From an uncultured Alistipes sp. (lineage in GTDB: Bacteria > Bacteroidota > Bacteroidia > Bacteroidales > Rikenellaceae): 64,000 nt of DNA. Location of the stretch: the NCBI GenBank assembly GCA_944322375.1, contig CALUOX010000001.1, positions 5,392 through 69,391 on the forward strand. Direction: 5' to 3'. Position numbers and translations under genes: made by a program. Below the pieces are notes generated by a model that saw only the letters and a program-made list of their open reading frames with translations, did not search any database and was not told the DNA's origin. Shown here piece after piece: positions 36,041 to 45,635 of the stretch (its first letter is position 1; every line of letters starts with the position of its first letter).

Positions 36041-37531
36041 TCAATGGGTCTCGTCGATCCAGTCTCCGTTGGCCTTGATGAGGTCGATGAGCCGGTCGCG
36101 CGCCTCCTCCTGCGGGATGTTGCGTTCTACGACCGTCCGCCCCTTGTAGAGGGTGATGCGTCCCGGTGCGGCTCCCACATAGCCGTAGTCGGCATCGGCC
36201 ATCTCGCCGGGCCCGTTGACGATACAGCCCATCACGCCGATACGGAGGTTTTTCAGATGCGACGTGCGGGCCTTGATCCGTTCGAGTGTCCCCTCGATGT
36301 CGTAGAGCGTGCGGCCGCACGACGGGCAGGCAATGTATTCCGTGCGCGAAAAACGGACGCGGGCAGCCTGCAGAATCATCAGCTCCACGTTGCGCAGCTC
36401 CTCCTCGGAGAAACGGTCGCTCAGGATGCGGATTCCGTCGGCGAGGCCGTCGAGAAAGAGCGGACCCAGATCGGCGGCGGCCTTGACGGCGAGTGCCGTG
36501 AGGTCTTCGTCGTTGTAGCGGCGTTCGACGACGACCGGTTCGCTGTCGTCGAGCGAGAGAATGGCGGCCCGCAGTTCGGCCGTCGGATTCTGCGAGGTGC
36601 TGCGCAGTATGCGGAACGCTTCGGTGATCTCGTCGCGCACGACGGGGGTGAGCAGCCGGCTGCGCCGGCGGTAGCGTGCGGGGGAGTAGCGTTCGGGGCG
36701 TTTTACCTCGAAATGTCCGGCGCGATGGCGGAAGTGATCGGCAAGAAGCTGCGCGACGGGTACCTCGTTTTCGGGCGCTTCGGTCAGCGAGACGCGGATC
36801 GTGTCGCCGATGCCTTCGGCCAGCAGCGCGCCGATGCCGACGGCACTCTTGATGCGTCCCTCCAGACCGTTTCCGGCTTCGGTTACACCCAGATGGATCG
36901 GGTAGGTCATCGCTTCGCGGTCCATCGCCTCGCAGAGCAGCCGGTAGGCGGCGACCATGACGCGGGTGTTGCTCGACTTCATCGAGACGACGACCTGATC
37001 GAACGCTTCCTCGCGGCAGATGCGCAGAAACTCCATTGCGGCGGCGACCATTCCTTCGGGCGTGTCGCCCCACCGGTCGAAGATGCGTTTGGAGAGCGAT
37101 CCGTGATTCACGCCGATGCGCAGCGCGACGCCGCGTTGGCGGCAGCGGGCGATGAGCGCCTGCAGTTCGCCGTGATCGGTGCGGTAGTTGCCCGGATTGA
37201 TGCGGACCTTATCGACGTATTGCGCGGCGACGGCCGCCGCTTCGGGCAGGAAGTGGATGTCTGCGACGACGGCCGTCGGGAATCCGTCGGCACGCAGCCG
37301 CGTTACGATATTTCGGAGGTTTTCGGCCTGCCGTGTGCCTTGGGCTGTGAGCCGCACGACGGGTGCTCCGGCACGGGCGATACGCTCGATCTGGGCGACG
37401 CTGGCGGCCGTGTCGAGCGTGTCGGTGTTGGTCATCGACTGGATGGCGACGGGTCGGTCGCCGCCGATGGTACAGCCGCCGATGCGGACTTCGTGTGTCC
37501 GACGGCGGCGGTATTGCGTAAGATCGATCAT
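36041..37531 (-). CDS. ispG: (E)-4-hydroxy-3-methylbut-2-enyl-diphosphate synthase IspG
   Basis: IQSMTNTDT, VADIHF, RINPGNY, RIGVNHGSLS, HLGVTEAG, GDTIRVSLTE, CPSCGRT, MGCIVNGPGEMADAD. Start MIDLTQY; -7 box at 37551-37558. Confidence 0.97.
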   Translation of the reverse strand: MIDLTQYRRRRTHEVRIGGCTIGGDRPVAIQSMTNTDTLDTAASVAQIERIARAGAPVVRLTAQGTRQAENLRNIVTRLRADGFPTAVVADIHFLPEAAAVAAQYVDKVRINPGNYRTDHGELQALIARCRQRGVALRIGVNHGSLSKRIFDRWGDTPEGMVAAAMEFLRICREEAFDQVVVSMKSSNTRVMVAAYRLLCEAMDREAMTYPIHLGVTEAGNGLEGRIKSAVGIGALLAEGIGDTIRVSLTEAPENEVPVAQLLADHFRHRAGHFEVKRPERYSPARYRRRSRLLTPVVRDEITEAFRILRSTSQNPTAELRAAILSLDDSEPVVVERRYNDEDLTALAVKAAADLGPLFLDGLADGIRILSDRFSEEELRNVELMILQAARVRFSRTEYIACPSCGRTLYDIEGTLERIKARTSHLKNLRIGVMGCIVNGPGEMADADYGYVGAAPGRITLYKGRTVVERNIPQEEARDRLIDLIKANGDWIDETH

Positions 37532-37641
37532 CTCTGAGCGGATTTGTCCACAAAAGTAACGATTTATTCGCAATTTTCGTCCCGAGGAGGAAGGGCGAAT
37601 GTTTCCGGCAGGCCGATGCTTGAGATTTCCGGAAAATTCCG

Positions 37642-37649
37642 TATCTTTG
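37642..37649 (+). promoter_or_regulatory. -7 box (TATCTTTG) for lipoprotein/radical SAM operon
   Basis: Exact consensus about 62 nt before ATG 37712. Confidence 0.65.
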
Positions 37650-37711
37650 GCTTTGTATTCCGGCGCTGCCGCTGCGCCGGTTGCCAATGTGAACCTGAAA
37701 AAACGAATCCG

Positions 37712-37918
37712 ATGAGACGAATCTGTATCTTTTGCTTGTCGCTGTTGGGGTTTGCGGCAGGATGCGAACCCGAATCGCCGGACATGTACGGGCCGGCTCC
37801 TGCGGAGTATGAAGTGAAGCCACAGGCCGAAGCTGACGGGGCGGCGGTCGATCCGGCGGAGGGAAACTCTGCGGAACAGGATGTAGCGGATGAGTCGCTT
37901 CCGACGGAGCAGGAGTGA
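37712..37918 (+). CDS. 68-aa lipoprotein, putative radical SAM substrate (TIGR04134-like, truncated)
   Basis: MRRICIFCLSLLGFAAG-C lipobox, then EPESPDMYGPAPAEYEVK and an acidic tail; 38 nt upstream of the radical SAM gene. Confidence 0.8.
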   Translation: MRRICIFCLSLLGFAAGCEPESPDMYGPAPAEYEVKPQAEADGAAVDPAEGNSAEQDVADESLPTEQE

Positions 37919-37956
37919 GGAATGAATCTTCGATACCGAAAAACGGGGGCAGCGAT

Positions 37957-39036
37957 ATGAAACGGCGTCGGATCTCCCTGCGCAAGCGGTTGGGACTGGA
38001 ACTCTATCGGCAGCTTCATCGGGAGGCTGTGGCGCGGCATGAATTGCGGACGCTTTTCTGGGAATGCACGCTGCGGTGCAATCTCCGGTGCGGTCATTGC
38101 GGCTCGGACTGTACGTCATCGCCGTCGTATGCGGATATGCCGGCCGAGGATTTCTTTCGGGTGCTCGACACGCAGATCACGCCGCATGTCGATCCGCATC
38201 GGGTGATGGTGGTTCTTTCGGGCGGCGAGGTGCTGGTGCGCCCCGATCTGGAACGGATTGGACGGGCGCTCTACGATCGGGAATATCCCTGGGGGCTGGT
38301 TACCAACGGCATGGCGCTGACGGCGGAGCGCTTCGATGCGCTGCTGCGTGCGGGCCTTCACTCGATGACCGTCTCGTTGGACGGTTTCGAGGAGGAGCAC
38401 AACCGTTTGCGCCGCCATCCGCTCAGTTTCGCGCGGGCGGCGGAGGCGGTGCGGCGTGCAGCGGCCGAACCGTCGATCGCCTTCGATGTCGTGACGTGTG
38501 TCACACCGGCCCTGCTGCCTCGTCTGGATGCCTTTCGCGATTACCTGATCGGCTTGGGCGTGCGCAGCTGGCGGCTTTTCGCCATCTTCCCTGCGGGACG
38601 TGCGGCGGCGGACGACGCGCTGCAGCTCTCCGACGGGGAGTTTGGCTCTCTCATGGAGTTCATCCGGCGCACGCGGCGTGCCGGAACCATCGAGTGCAAT
38701 TATGCCTGCGAAGGCTTCCTCGGCGGTTATGAAGCCGAGGTGCGCGACTGGTTCTATCATTGCGATGCGGGCGTCTCGACGGCCTCGATCCGGGTCGACG
38801 GCTCGATTTCGGGATGTACCTCCGTGCGGAGCGATTTCTCGCAGGGAAATATCTATCGGGATGATTTCTGGGAGGTGTGGAGCTCCCGCTTCGAGCTTTT
38901 CCGCCGCCGTGAATGGATGCGGACAGGTGCCTGCGCCGAGTGTGCCGTATGGCGCTACTGCGAAGGCGGACCGATGCACCTGCGCCTTGCTGACGGCGGA
39001 GTGATGCATTGCAGCTATAAAAGATTAAATCATTGA
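37957..39036 (+). CDS. Radical SAM/SPASM enzyme (TIGR04133-like rSAM/lipoprotein system)
   Basis: LFWECTLRCNLRCGHCGSDC, LSGGEVL, VTNG, VSLDG; SPASM Cys array CDAG...GC...GNI...CAEC..WRYCEGG...HC. Confidence 0.92.
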   Translation: MKRRRISLRKRLGLELYRQLHREAVARHELRTLFWECTLRCNLRCGHCGSDCTSSPSYADMPAEDFFRVLDTQITPHVDPHRVMVVLSGGEVLVRPDLERIGRALYDREYPWGLVTNGMALTAERFDALLRAGLHSMTVSLDGFEEEHNRLRRHPLSFARAAEAVRRAAAEPSIAFDVVTCVTPALLPRLDAFRDYLIGLGVRSWRLFAIFPAGRAAADDALQLSDGEFGSLMEFIRRTRRAGTIECNYACEGFLGGYEAEVRDWFYHCDAGVSTASIRVDGSISGCTSVRSDFSQGNIYRDDFWEVWSSRFELFRRREWMRTGACAECAVWRYCEGGPMHLRLADGGVMHCSYKRLNH

Positions 39037-39075
39037 TTTCTAAAACGATGGATGGTGTTCCTCCGAAACTTGCGA

Positions 39076-39123
39076 GGGGGGGGGAGAAAAGCGATCGCAA
39101 AGGGCGGTTTTCTCTTTTTTTTG
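39076..39123 (+). terminator. Probable terminator after radical SAM gene (G9-containing arm)
   Basis: G9-agaaaa pairs imperfectly with ttttctc followed by a T run. Confidence 0.5.
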
Positions 39124-39155
39124 TTTATATTTGTCGCGCCGAAGCGTGAAACGAT

Positions 39156-40097
39156 ATGAAATTCCTATTCCGACAAACGTTTGTGCCTGCACTGTTGTCT
39201 TTGTCCGTTGCGGGTTGCAACGGCGATGTCTTTATCGACGATTACCTTCCCGACCCGCCGGCCTCGATTGCCGGACAGAGCGGAGAGACGTCGGAGATCC
39301 GTTTCGAGGCTTCGAACTGGGATATTCTGGGTGTCGGAGGCCTCAGCGGTAGGACATACGATCTGGACGGCAACCTCCTTTCCGTCGGGCCGCTCGGCGG
39401 CGAAGGGCTCCTCTGCATGGAGTACGATGACGGTCTGGTCAGCTTCCGGATCGAGCGCGGCGATTACAGAACCCTGAAGATCGTATTTGAGGAGAACATG
39501 GGCAGCGGCCCTTTCCGCTTCACGCTGACGGTCGGAAACCTGTGCGAGAGCGACAGCATCGACGTGACGTTCAATCCCACCGGAAAGTATCGGGTCGAAC
39601 GTGTCGTCTATGATTACGAGCGGTTCAGTTTTACCTATACACGGGTGGAAACGGTTACGACGTATCACATTGACAACCGCACATCGTCGAAGCCCGTTTC
39701 GATAGAGGCCTATCCCTATGCCGGTCGTTCGCGGCTGATTCGGTTTTACAACAACGAAGACCAGCGTGAGGATATTCTCGGGCTGCCGCTGCCGCTGATA
39801 CCGATTCCCGATATCGAAGACGAACAGCCCGTCATGCGGGAGTCGGAGGTTGCGTTTGCATGTTATTATACGGACGTCATGCTGCCGGCCGACAAACGGG
39901 ATCTCTCGGAGACTGTAACGGTCAATGCCGGTGAAGCCAAAGATATCGAGGTGATGCTCCAATATATGGAGTATTCACTCCCCTATACGCTCTATACCAC
40001 CAATTCCGAAACGGGGAAGGACCGGGCCTTTACCGGAGAACTTCAGGGGGAAGAACCGTACAATTATTTCATCTTCCGCAAAGATTTTGAAAAGTAA
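39156..40097 (+). CDS. Hypothetical lipoprotein
   Basis: Lipobox SVAG-C then NGDVFIDD; beta-rich; own -7 box at 39126-39133. Confidence 0.8.
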   Translation: MKFLFRQTFVPALLSLSVAGCNGDVFIDDYLPDPPASIAGQSGETSEIRFEASNWDILGVGGLSGRTYDLDGNLLSVGPLGGEGLLCMEYDDGLVSFRIERGDYRTLKIVFEENMGSGPFRFTLTVGNLCESDSIDVTFNPTGKYRVERVVYDYERFSFTYTRVETVTTYHIDNRTSSKPVSIEAYPYAGRSRLIRFYNNEDQREDILGLPLPLIPIPDIEDEQPVMRESEVAFACYYTDVMLPADKRDLSETVTVNAGEAKDIEVMLQYMEYSLPYTLYTTNSETGKDRAFTGELQGEEPYNYFIFRKDFEK

Positions 40098-40106
40098 CGG
40101 GTCATC

Positions 40107-41348
40107 ATGAAAGTTTCTTGCAGGTCGTTTGCGGTTTTGGGGTGTGTATTGCTTTTTGCCTGTCATTGTGCGGCGGCACAGGTGCGGGGTGCCGCATGGG
40201 AAAGCCCTCTCACGCCGGCCGACAGCATCACCCACAACCGGAAGATGATTCATAAGGCAGGGTTCGATGTCTGCCCCAGCCATCTCTTTGCGACGGATGA
40301 CTTCTTCAGGGGGACGAACGCTGCGCAGCAGCCGCTTCGCTCGGCGCTTTCCCTGCATTTGAAATACGCCTTCCAATTCGGCCCCGACACGCGGTTCGGG
40401 CGCCGCTACCCCTATACTTCGCAGGGGATCGGCATAAGCGTGAACGACTTCCGGAATCGTGCCGAAGTGGGACGTCCTGTGGCGGTCTATGTCTTTCAGA
40501 ACTCCCGCATCGTCTCTTTGGCCCGCACGCTCTCGCTCGATTACGAGTGGAATTTCGGCGTGTCGTTCGGTTGGGAGAAATACGATGCGGAACGCAATCC
40601 GTTCAATGTCGTGGTCGGTTCGCGCATCAATGCCTACATCAATCTGGGGCTGATGTTCAACTGGCATTTTGCGTCGCAGTGGAATGTGACGGCCGGTGCG
40701 GGGCTGATGCACTTCTCCAACGGCAATACGACCTATCCCAACGGCGGCGTCAATCTGTTGAACGGCCGTTTCGGACTGGTGTACACCTTCGGGCGCGAAG
40801 CGGCCGGAGGCCGGAGGGACAAAGTACGCCGTTTCGGAGACTTCAAGCCTCATGTGAGCTACGACCTGGTTCTTTACGGCGCCATGCGGACGAAGGGCTA
40901 CATCTGGCCCGACCGGGCCTATCTCATCCCCGGAAAATTCGGGGTGGCCGGTGTGAATTTCAATCCGATGTATAATTTCAGCCCCTATTTCCGCGCCGGT
41001 TTGTCGTTCGACGCCCAATACGATGAAAGCGCAAACCTGAAGGACCACATCGCCAACGACAACATCTACGACAATGAACTCAAGTTCCACCGTCCGCCCT
41101 TCCGCGAACAGTTTGCCGCAGGCATCTCGATTCGCGGCGAGATCGTGATGCCGATTTTTTCGATCAATCTGGGGGTCGGTCGGAACTTCATCTGCAAGGG
41201 CGATGATACCGACTCTTTCTATCAGATCTTTGCGCTCAAGGCGGATGTCTCGCGGAATCTCTTTCTGCACATCGGTTACCAGCTCTACAAGTTCAAGAGG
41301 CCCAATAACCTGATGCTGGGTGCAGGGTATCGTTTCAACGGCCGGTGA
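40107..41348 (+). CDS. Acyloxyacyl hydrolase / PagL-like lipid A deacylase family outer-membrane protein
   Basis: Signal peptide; H-x-S motif HFSNGN...GVN; beta-strand pattern; terminal GAGYRF. Confidence 0.78.
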   Translation: MKVSCRSFAVLGCVLLFACHCAAAQVRGAAWESPLTPADSITHNRKMIHKAGFDVCPSHLFATDDFFRGTNAAQQPLRSALSLHLKYAFQFGPDTRFGRRYPYTSQGIGISVNDFRNRAEVGRPVAVYVFQNSRIVSLARTLSLDYEWNFGVSFGWEKYDAERNPFNVVVGSRINAYINLGLMFNWHFASQWNVTAGAGLMHFSNGNTTYPNGGVNLLNGRFGLVYTFGREAAGGRRDKVRRFGDFKPHVSYDLVLYGAMRTKGYIWPDRAYLIPGKFGVAGVNFNPMYNFSPYFRAGLSFDAQYDESANLKDHIANDNIYDNELKFHRPPFREQFAAGISIRGEIVMPIFSINLGVGRNFICKGDDTDSFYQIFALKADVSRNLFLHIGYQLYKFKRPNNLMLGAGYRFNGR

Positions 41349-41568
41349 CATGCCCGTTTGCGGTCGTGCGGTACGTCTCGAAAAGCGGCACGCCGCAAAA
41401 CCGCTTCCGCTGCGGGACGGCCGGCTCTCCTTTTGAGACGGCATGTCCGCCGTCGGAATGCCGCGGGCCGTTTCGCCGCATCGGTCGCCGCCGTTCGATT
41501 TGTTCCCCTTTCGCTTTTTTTTACACGGGCTTTTTATATCTTTGTGGAGAGTTAAAAACCCTCGACCG

Positions 41569-43329
41569 ATGAACAGATACCTTTATGTGTGGATCGTCTC
41601 GGCTGCCGCAATGGTTGCAGCGGCAGCTTGTGACGAGCCGAAACAGCAGCCGACGCTTCCCGATTTTCAGGAGCTGGCCGATCCTGCAGCGCCGTTTGCC
41701 GACTGGTCGGCCGTCGCTGCGGAGCCGCAGGCCTCCTTTGCAAGTATCGATTGCCGCTATGCCAAGTCGCAGCCGCCCGTACTGACCGTGCGGAAAACCT
41801 GTCGTCTGACGGCCTGGCGCGGCGAACGGGTTTCGGCACAACTGCTCGTCTGGAGCAAACGCCCGGTGGCGGAGGTGACCTGTCAGACCGGTATCCTGCG
41901 CTCCGAAAACGGAGCGTTGCCGGCGTCGGCCGTTCGCAGCCGTTTCGTGCGTTATGTGATGAGCGACGAGTTCGCCTGCGGCTGCTGCAAGCGCAAGCCA
42001 CAGAACTTTGCATCCGTGCTTGTGGCCGACATGCTCGACGAGCGGCCCGCAATGGCGCTCGACAGCTGCACGGTGCGGCCCGTCTGGGTAACGGTCGATG
42101 TTCCGGCGGAGGCTGCTCCGGGGCTTTACAGCGCTCCCGTGACGGTGCGCTGCGACGGAACGGAGCTGCCGCTGACGCTCGAACTGGAGGTTGTTGACCG
42201 TACGCTGCCGGCTCCCGCCGCCTGGCGTTATCATCTCGATCTGTGGCAGCATCCGGCGGCTGTTGCCCGCATCGAGGGGGTTGAGGTGTGGAGCGACGCC
42301 CATTTCGAGGCGTTGCGCCCCGTCATGCAGCTCCTGGCCGATGCCGGTCAGAAGGTCGTCACGGCAACGCTCAACAAGGATCCCTGGAACAACCAGTGCT
42401 ACGATGCCTATGCCGACATGATCGTCTGGACGAAACACGACGACGGAACATGGACGTATGACTATGCGGCGTTCGACCGTTGGGTGGAGCTGATGTTCTC
42501 GCTGGGAATCGACAGGCAGATCAACTGCTATTCGATGCTGCCCTGGAACAACGAACTCCATTATCGGGATGCCGTGATGGGGGAATGGGTTGATGTGACC
42601 GCCGAACCCGGCACGCCGGTTTTCGAGGAGATGTGGCGGCCTTTCCTGGCGGATTTCGTGCGCCATCTCGACGAAAAGGGGTGGCTGTCGAAAACCTGTA
42701 TTGCAATGGATGAACGGTCGCCCGAACAGATGGAACAGGCCGTATCGTTCCTTGCCGCGCAGGCGCCGCAGCTCGGTATTGCACTGGCCGACAACCACAA
42801 CAGCTACAAACGTTATCCGCAATTGCGCGATATCTGCGTCTCGGCCCGTCAGAGCGTGGCCCCTGAGGACATTGCCGCGCGGCGCGCCGAAGGCAAGGTC
42901 ACGACCTTCTATGTCTGCTGCTCGCACCGTTATCCCAACATGTTTACCTTCTCGGATCCGGCCGAAGCGACCGTTGCGGCATGGCATGCCGCAGCGAACG
43001 GTTACGACGGGTTCCTGCGCTGGGCCTACAATTCCTGGACGGCCGATCCGCTGCGGGATTCGCGGTTCCGCCGATGGCCGGCCGGCGACACCTATATCGT
43101 CTATCCCGGAGCACGGTCGTCGATCCGCTTCGAACGGTTGCGCGAGGGTATTCAGGATGCCGAGAAGATCCGTCTGCTGCGCGAAGAGCTGCGTGGCGCG
43201 GGCTCCGGGGAGGCCGACGAGAAACTGGGACGTCTGGATGCCGCCGTGGCACCCTTTGCCTCCCGTGAACCCCTCGACAGCCTTCATGAACGGCTGGCAG
43301 CGGCAAAACAGCTGCTCAACGAATTGTAA
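41569..43329 (+). CDS. DUF4091/GH123-like glycoside hydrolase lipoprotein
   Basis: Lipobox AAAC-D; AWRGERV, LDLWQHP, YSMLPWN, catalytic MDER, GFLRWAYNSW, GDTYIVYPG, SIRFERLREGIQD; -7 box at 41537-41544. Confidence 0.85.
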   Translation: MNRYLYVWIVSAAAMVAAAACDEPKQQPTLPDFQELADPAAPFADWSAVAAEPQASFASIDCRYAKSQPPVLTVRKTCRLTAWRGERVSAQLLVWSKRPVAEVTCQTGILRSENGALPASAVRSRFVRYVMSDEFACGCCKRKPQNFASVLVADMLDERPAMALDSCTVRPVWVTVDVPAEAAPGLYSAPVTVRCDGTELPLTLELEVVDRTLPAPAAWRYHLDLWQHPAAVARIEGVEVWSDAHFEALRPVMQLLADAGQKVVTATLNKDPWNNQCYDAYADMIVWTKHDDGTWTYDYAAFDRWVELMFSLGIDRQINCYSMLPWNNELHYRDAVMGEWVDVTAEPGTPVFEEMWRPFLADFVRHLDEKGWLSKTCIAMDERSPEQMEQAVSFLAAQAPQLGIALADNHNSYKRYPQLRDICVSARQSVAPEDIAARRAEGKVTTFYVCCSHRYPNMFTFSDPAEATVAAWHAAANGYDGFLRWAYNSWTADPLRDSRFRRWPAGDTYIVYPGARSSIRFERLREGIQDAEKIRLLREELRGAGSGEADEKLGRLDAAVAPFASREPLDSLHERLAAAKQLLNEL

Positions 43330-43342
43330 CCGCTCCTCTGCC

Positions 43343-45538
43343 ATGTCGATGCATCGCCCGACGGACATATCCACTGCGGACCCTGCCGCTGCGGCGCCCC
43401 TTGCGCAAAAGGACGGAACAGCGGGGCAACGGAGCTGGTATGACGATGACATAAAATATGTCGCCGGAGTCGGCGAGATGCGTGCGAGGTTGTTGTTCAA
43501 GGAGTTGGGTATTGCTACCGTCGGGGAGTTGCTTTACTGTTTCCCGTTCCGTTACATCGATCGTTCGCGGATTTACCGCATCGTGGAGATCGATGCTTCG
43601 GGATCGTCGCTCGTGCAGTTCCGAGGCCGTGTGACAGGAGTGGCGTATGCCGGTACAGGCCGCAAACGCCGCTTTTCGGCGTTTGTTTCCGACGGTACGG
43701 GGCAAGCCGAGCTGGTGTGGTTTCAGGGGATCAAATGGATCGAGAAACGGATCGAAGTGGGACGCGAGTACCTCATCTTCGGACGGCCGTCATCGTTCCG
43801 CAATGAACTTTCGCTGGTGCATCCGGAGATCGAAACGGTCGAAAAGGCCCTGTCGCGGCGCATCGAGAGCGGATTGCAGGGGATCTATTCCTCTACCGAG
43901 CGGTTGTCATCCGTCCTGGGCGCCAAAGGTTTCCATACGATTGTCTGCAATGCGTGGCGATTGGCGCATACGCGGATTGCCGAGACGCTGCCCGACGGAA
44001 TGCGCCGGCGTTACGGCCTGGTGTCGTTACATGACGCATTGTACAACATCCATTTCCCGCAGTCGTCCGAGGCGCTCCGGCAGGCACAATACCGGTTGAA
44101 ATTCGAAGAGTTGCTCGGCGTGCAGCTCAATGTCCTTGCCCGTCGTGCAACCCGGCTCTCGAAAAACAACGGTTTCCTCTTCCCGCATGTGGGTGAGGTG
44201 TTCAATACGTTCTATCGGGAGAAATTGCCCTTCCCCCTTACGGAGGCGCAGAAGCGTGTCGTCCGCGAGATCCGGCAGGATACCGTCACGGGATACCAGA
44301 TGAACCGGCTGTTGCAGGGCGATGTGGGATCGGGAAAGACCCTTGTGGCCCTGCTGTCGATGCTGCTGGCCGTTGACAACGGCTTTCAGGCCTGCATGAT
44401 GGCCCCGACCGAAATCCTTGCCCGCCAGCATTATGCCACCCTGACCCGCCTGCTCGAAGGCCTGCCCGTGCGCGTGGCGATCCTTACCGGCGCCTCGAAG
44501 GCCCGTGAACGGAAGTCCGCATTGGGGGGGATCGCTTCGGGCGACGTGCAGCTGCTTGTGGGTACGCATGCCCTGATCGAAGACCGTGTGCAGTTCCGCA
44601 ATCTGGGTCTTGTGGTCATCGATGAGCAGCACCGATTCGGCGTCGAACAGCGCGCCCGCATGTGGACCAAGAACGAACAGCCGCCCCATGTGCTGGTCAT
44701 GACCGCCACGCCGATTCCGCGCACGTTGGCCATGACGCTTTACGGCGATCTTGACGTCTCGGTCATCGACGAACTGCCGCCCGGACGCCGGCCCGTGCAG
44801 ACGGTCCATTATACCGACGCGATGCGCCTGCGCGTGTGGGGCTTCCTGCGCAAGCAGATCGCACAGGGCCGGCAGGTCTATATCGTCTATCCGCTCATCG
44901 AGGAGTCCGAGGCGATGGATTACAAGAATCTGCAGGAGGGGTACGAAGCCATCTCCCGGGATTTCCCGTTGCCGGAATACGTCACCGAGGTCGTGCATGG
45001 CCGCATGAAGCCCCAGGACAAGGAGGAGGCGATGCGTCGTTTCAAGTCGGGCGAGGCGCAGCTGCTCGTCGCGACGTCGGTCATCGAGGTCGGCGTCGAT
45101 GTGCCCAATGCGACCGTCATGGTCATCGAATCGGCCGAGCGGTTCGGGCTCTCGCAGCTGCACCAGCTGCGCGGACGTGTGGGTCGCGGAGCGCAGCAGT
45201 CGTACTGCATCCTCATGTCGGGCGAGAAGCTTTCGAAGGAGTCGCGGGCGCGTCTCGATGCGATGTGTGAAACGAACGACGGCTTCCGGCTGGCAGAGCT
45301 CGATCTCAAGCTGCGCGGTGCCGGCGATCTGGCCGGTACGCAGCAGAGTGGTATGGCCTTTGATCTGAAAATCGCCAATCCGACGCTCGATGTCCAGATC
45401 CTGGAACGCACGCGCGATGCGGCGGGGGAGGTGCTTGCGGCCGACCCGACCCTCGCGGCGGCGGAGCACGCCGGTCTGCGGCAATTGAAAAAAAGATATT
45501 CCGGAGAGAAATCGATCGATTTTTCGATGATCTCCTGA
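43343..45538 (+). CDS. recG: ATP-dependent DNA helicase RecG
   Basis: LQGDVGSGKT, MAPTEILARQH, IDEQHRFGV.QR, MTATPIPRTL, HGRM, AERFGLSQLHQLRGRVGRG, DLKLRG.GD..GTQQSG. Confidence 0.97.
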   Translation: MSMHRPTDISTADPAAAAPLAQKDGTAGQRSWYDDDIKYVAGVGEMRARLLFKELGIATVGELLYCFPFRYIDRSRIYRIVEIDASGSSLVQFRGRVTGVAYAGTGRKRRFSAFVSDGTGQAELVWFQGIKWIEKRIEVGREYLIFGRPSSFRNELSLVHPEIETVEKALSRRIESGLQGIYSSTERLSSVLGAKGFHTIVCNAWRLAHTRIAETLPDGMRRRYGLVSLHDALYNIHFPQSSEALRQAQYRLKFEELLGVQLNVLARRATRLSKNNGFLFPHVGEVFNTFYREKLPFPLTEAQKRVVREIRQDTVTGYQMNRLLQGDVGSGKTLVALLSMLLAVDNGFQACMMAPTEILARQHYATLTRLLEGLPVRVAILTGASKARERKSALGGIASGDVQLLVGTHALIEDRVQFRNLGLVVIDEQHRFGVEQRARMWTKNEQPPHVLVMTATPIPRTLAMTLYGDLDVSVIDELPPGRRPVQTVHYTDAMRLRVWGFLRKQIAQGRQVYIVYPLIEESEAMDYKNLQEGYEAISRDFPLPEYVTEVVHGRMKPQDKEEAMRRFKSGEAQLLVATSVIEVGVDVPNATVMVIESAERFGLSQLHQLRGRVGRGAQQSYCILMSGEKLSKESRARLDAMCETNDGFRLAELDLKLRGAGDLAGTQQSGMAFDLKIANPTLDVQILERTRDAAGEVLAADPTLAAAEHAGLRQLKKRYSGEKSIDFSMIS

Positions 45539-45635
45539 CATGTCGTACTAAAACGATGAACCGGAGCGTTTTGATGTTGAACCCCCGGGTGAAAACCGGC
45601 ATCCGGAGTCCGCTCCGCATGACAACCGAGAGAAT

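Noticed and set aside
39076-39084. G9 upstream of the 39156 lipoprotein as a promoter phase switch
   Set aside because: It lies well upstream of the promoter spacer and is explained as a terminator arm. The overall count of G/C runs alone is not clearly above chance for this GC content.
17099-45538. Several DNA repair genes (pcrA, nth, nfo, recG) in one window as a defence or repair island
   Set aside because: They sit in separate housekeeping operons many kb apart; ordinary core genes.
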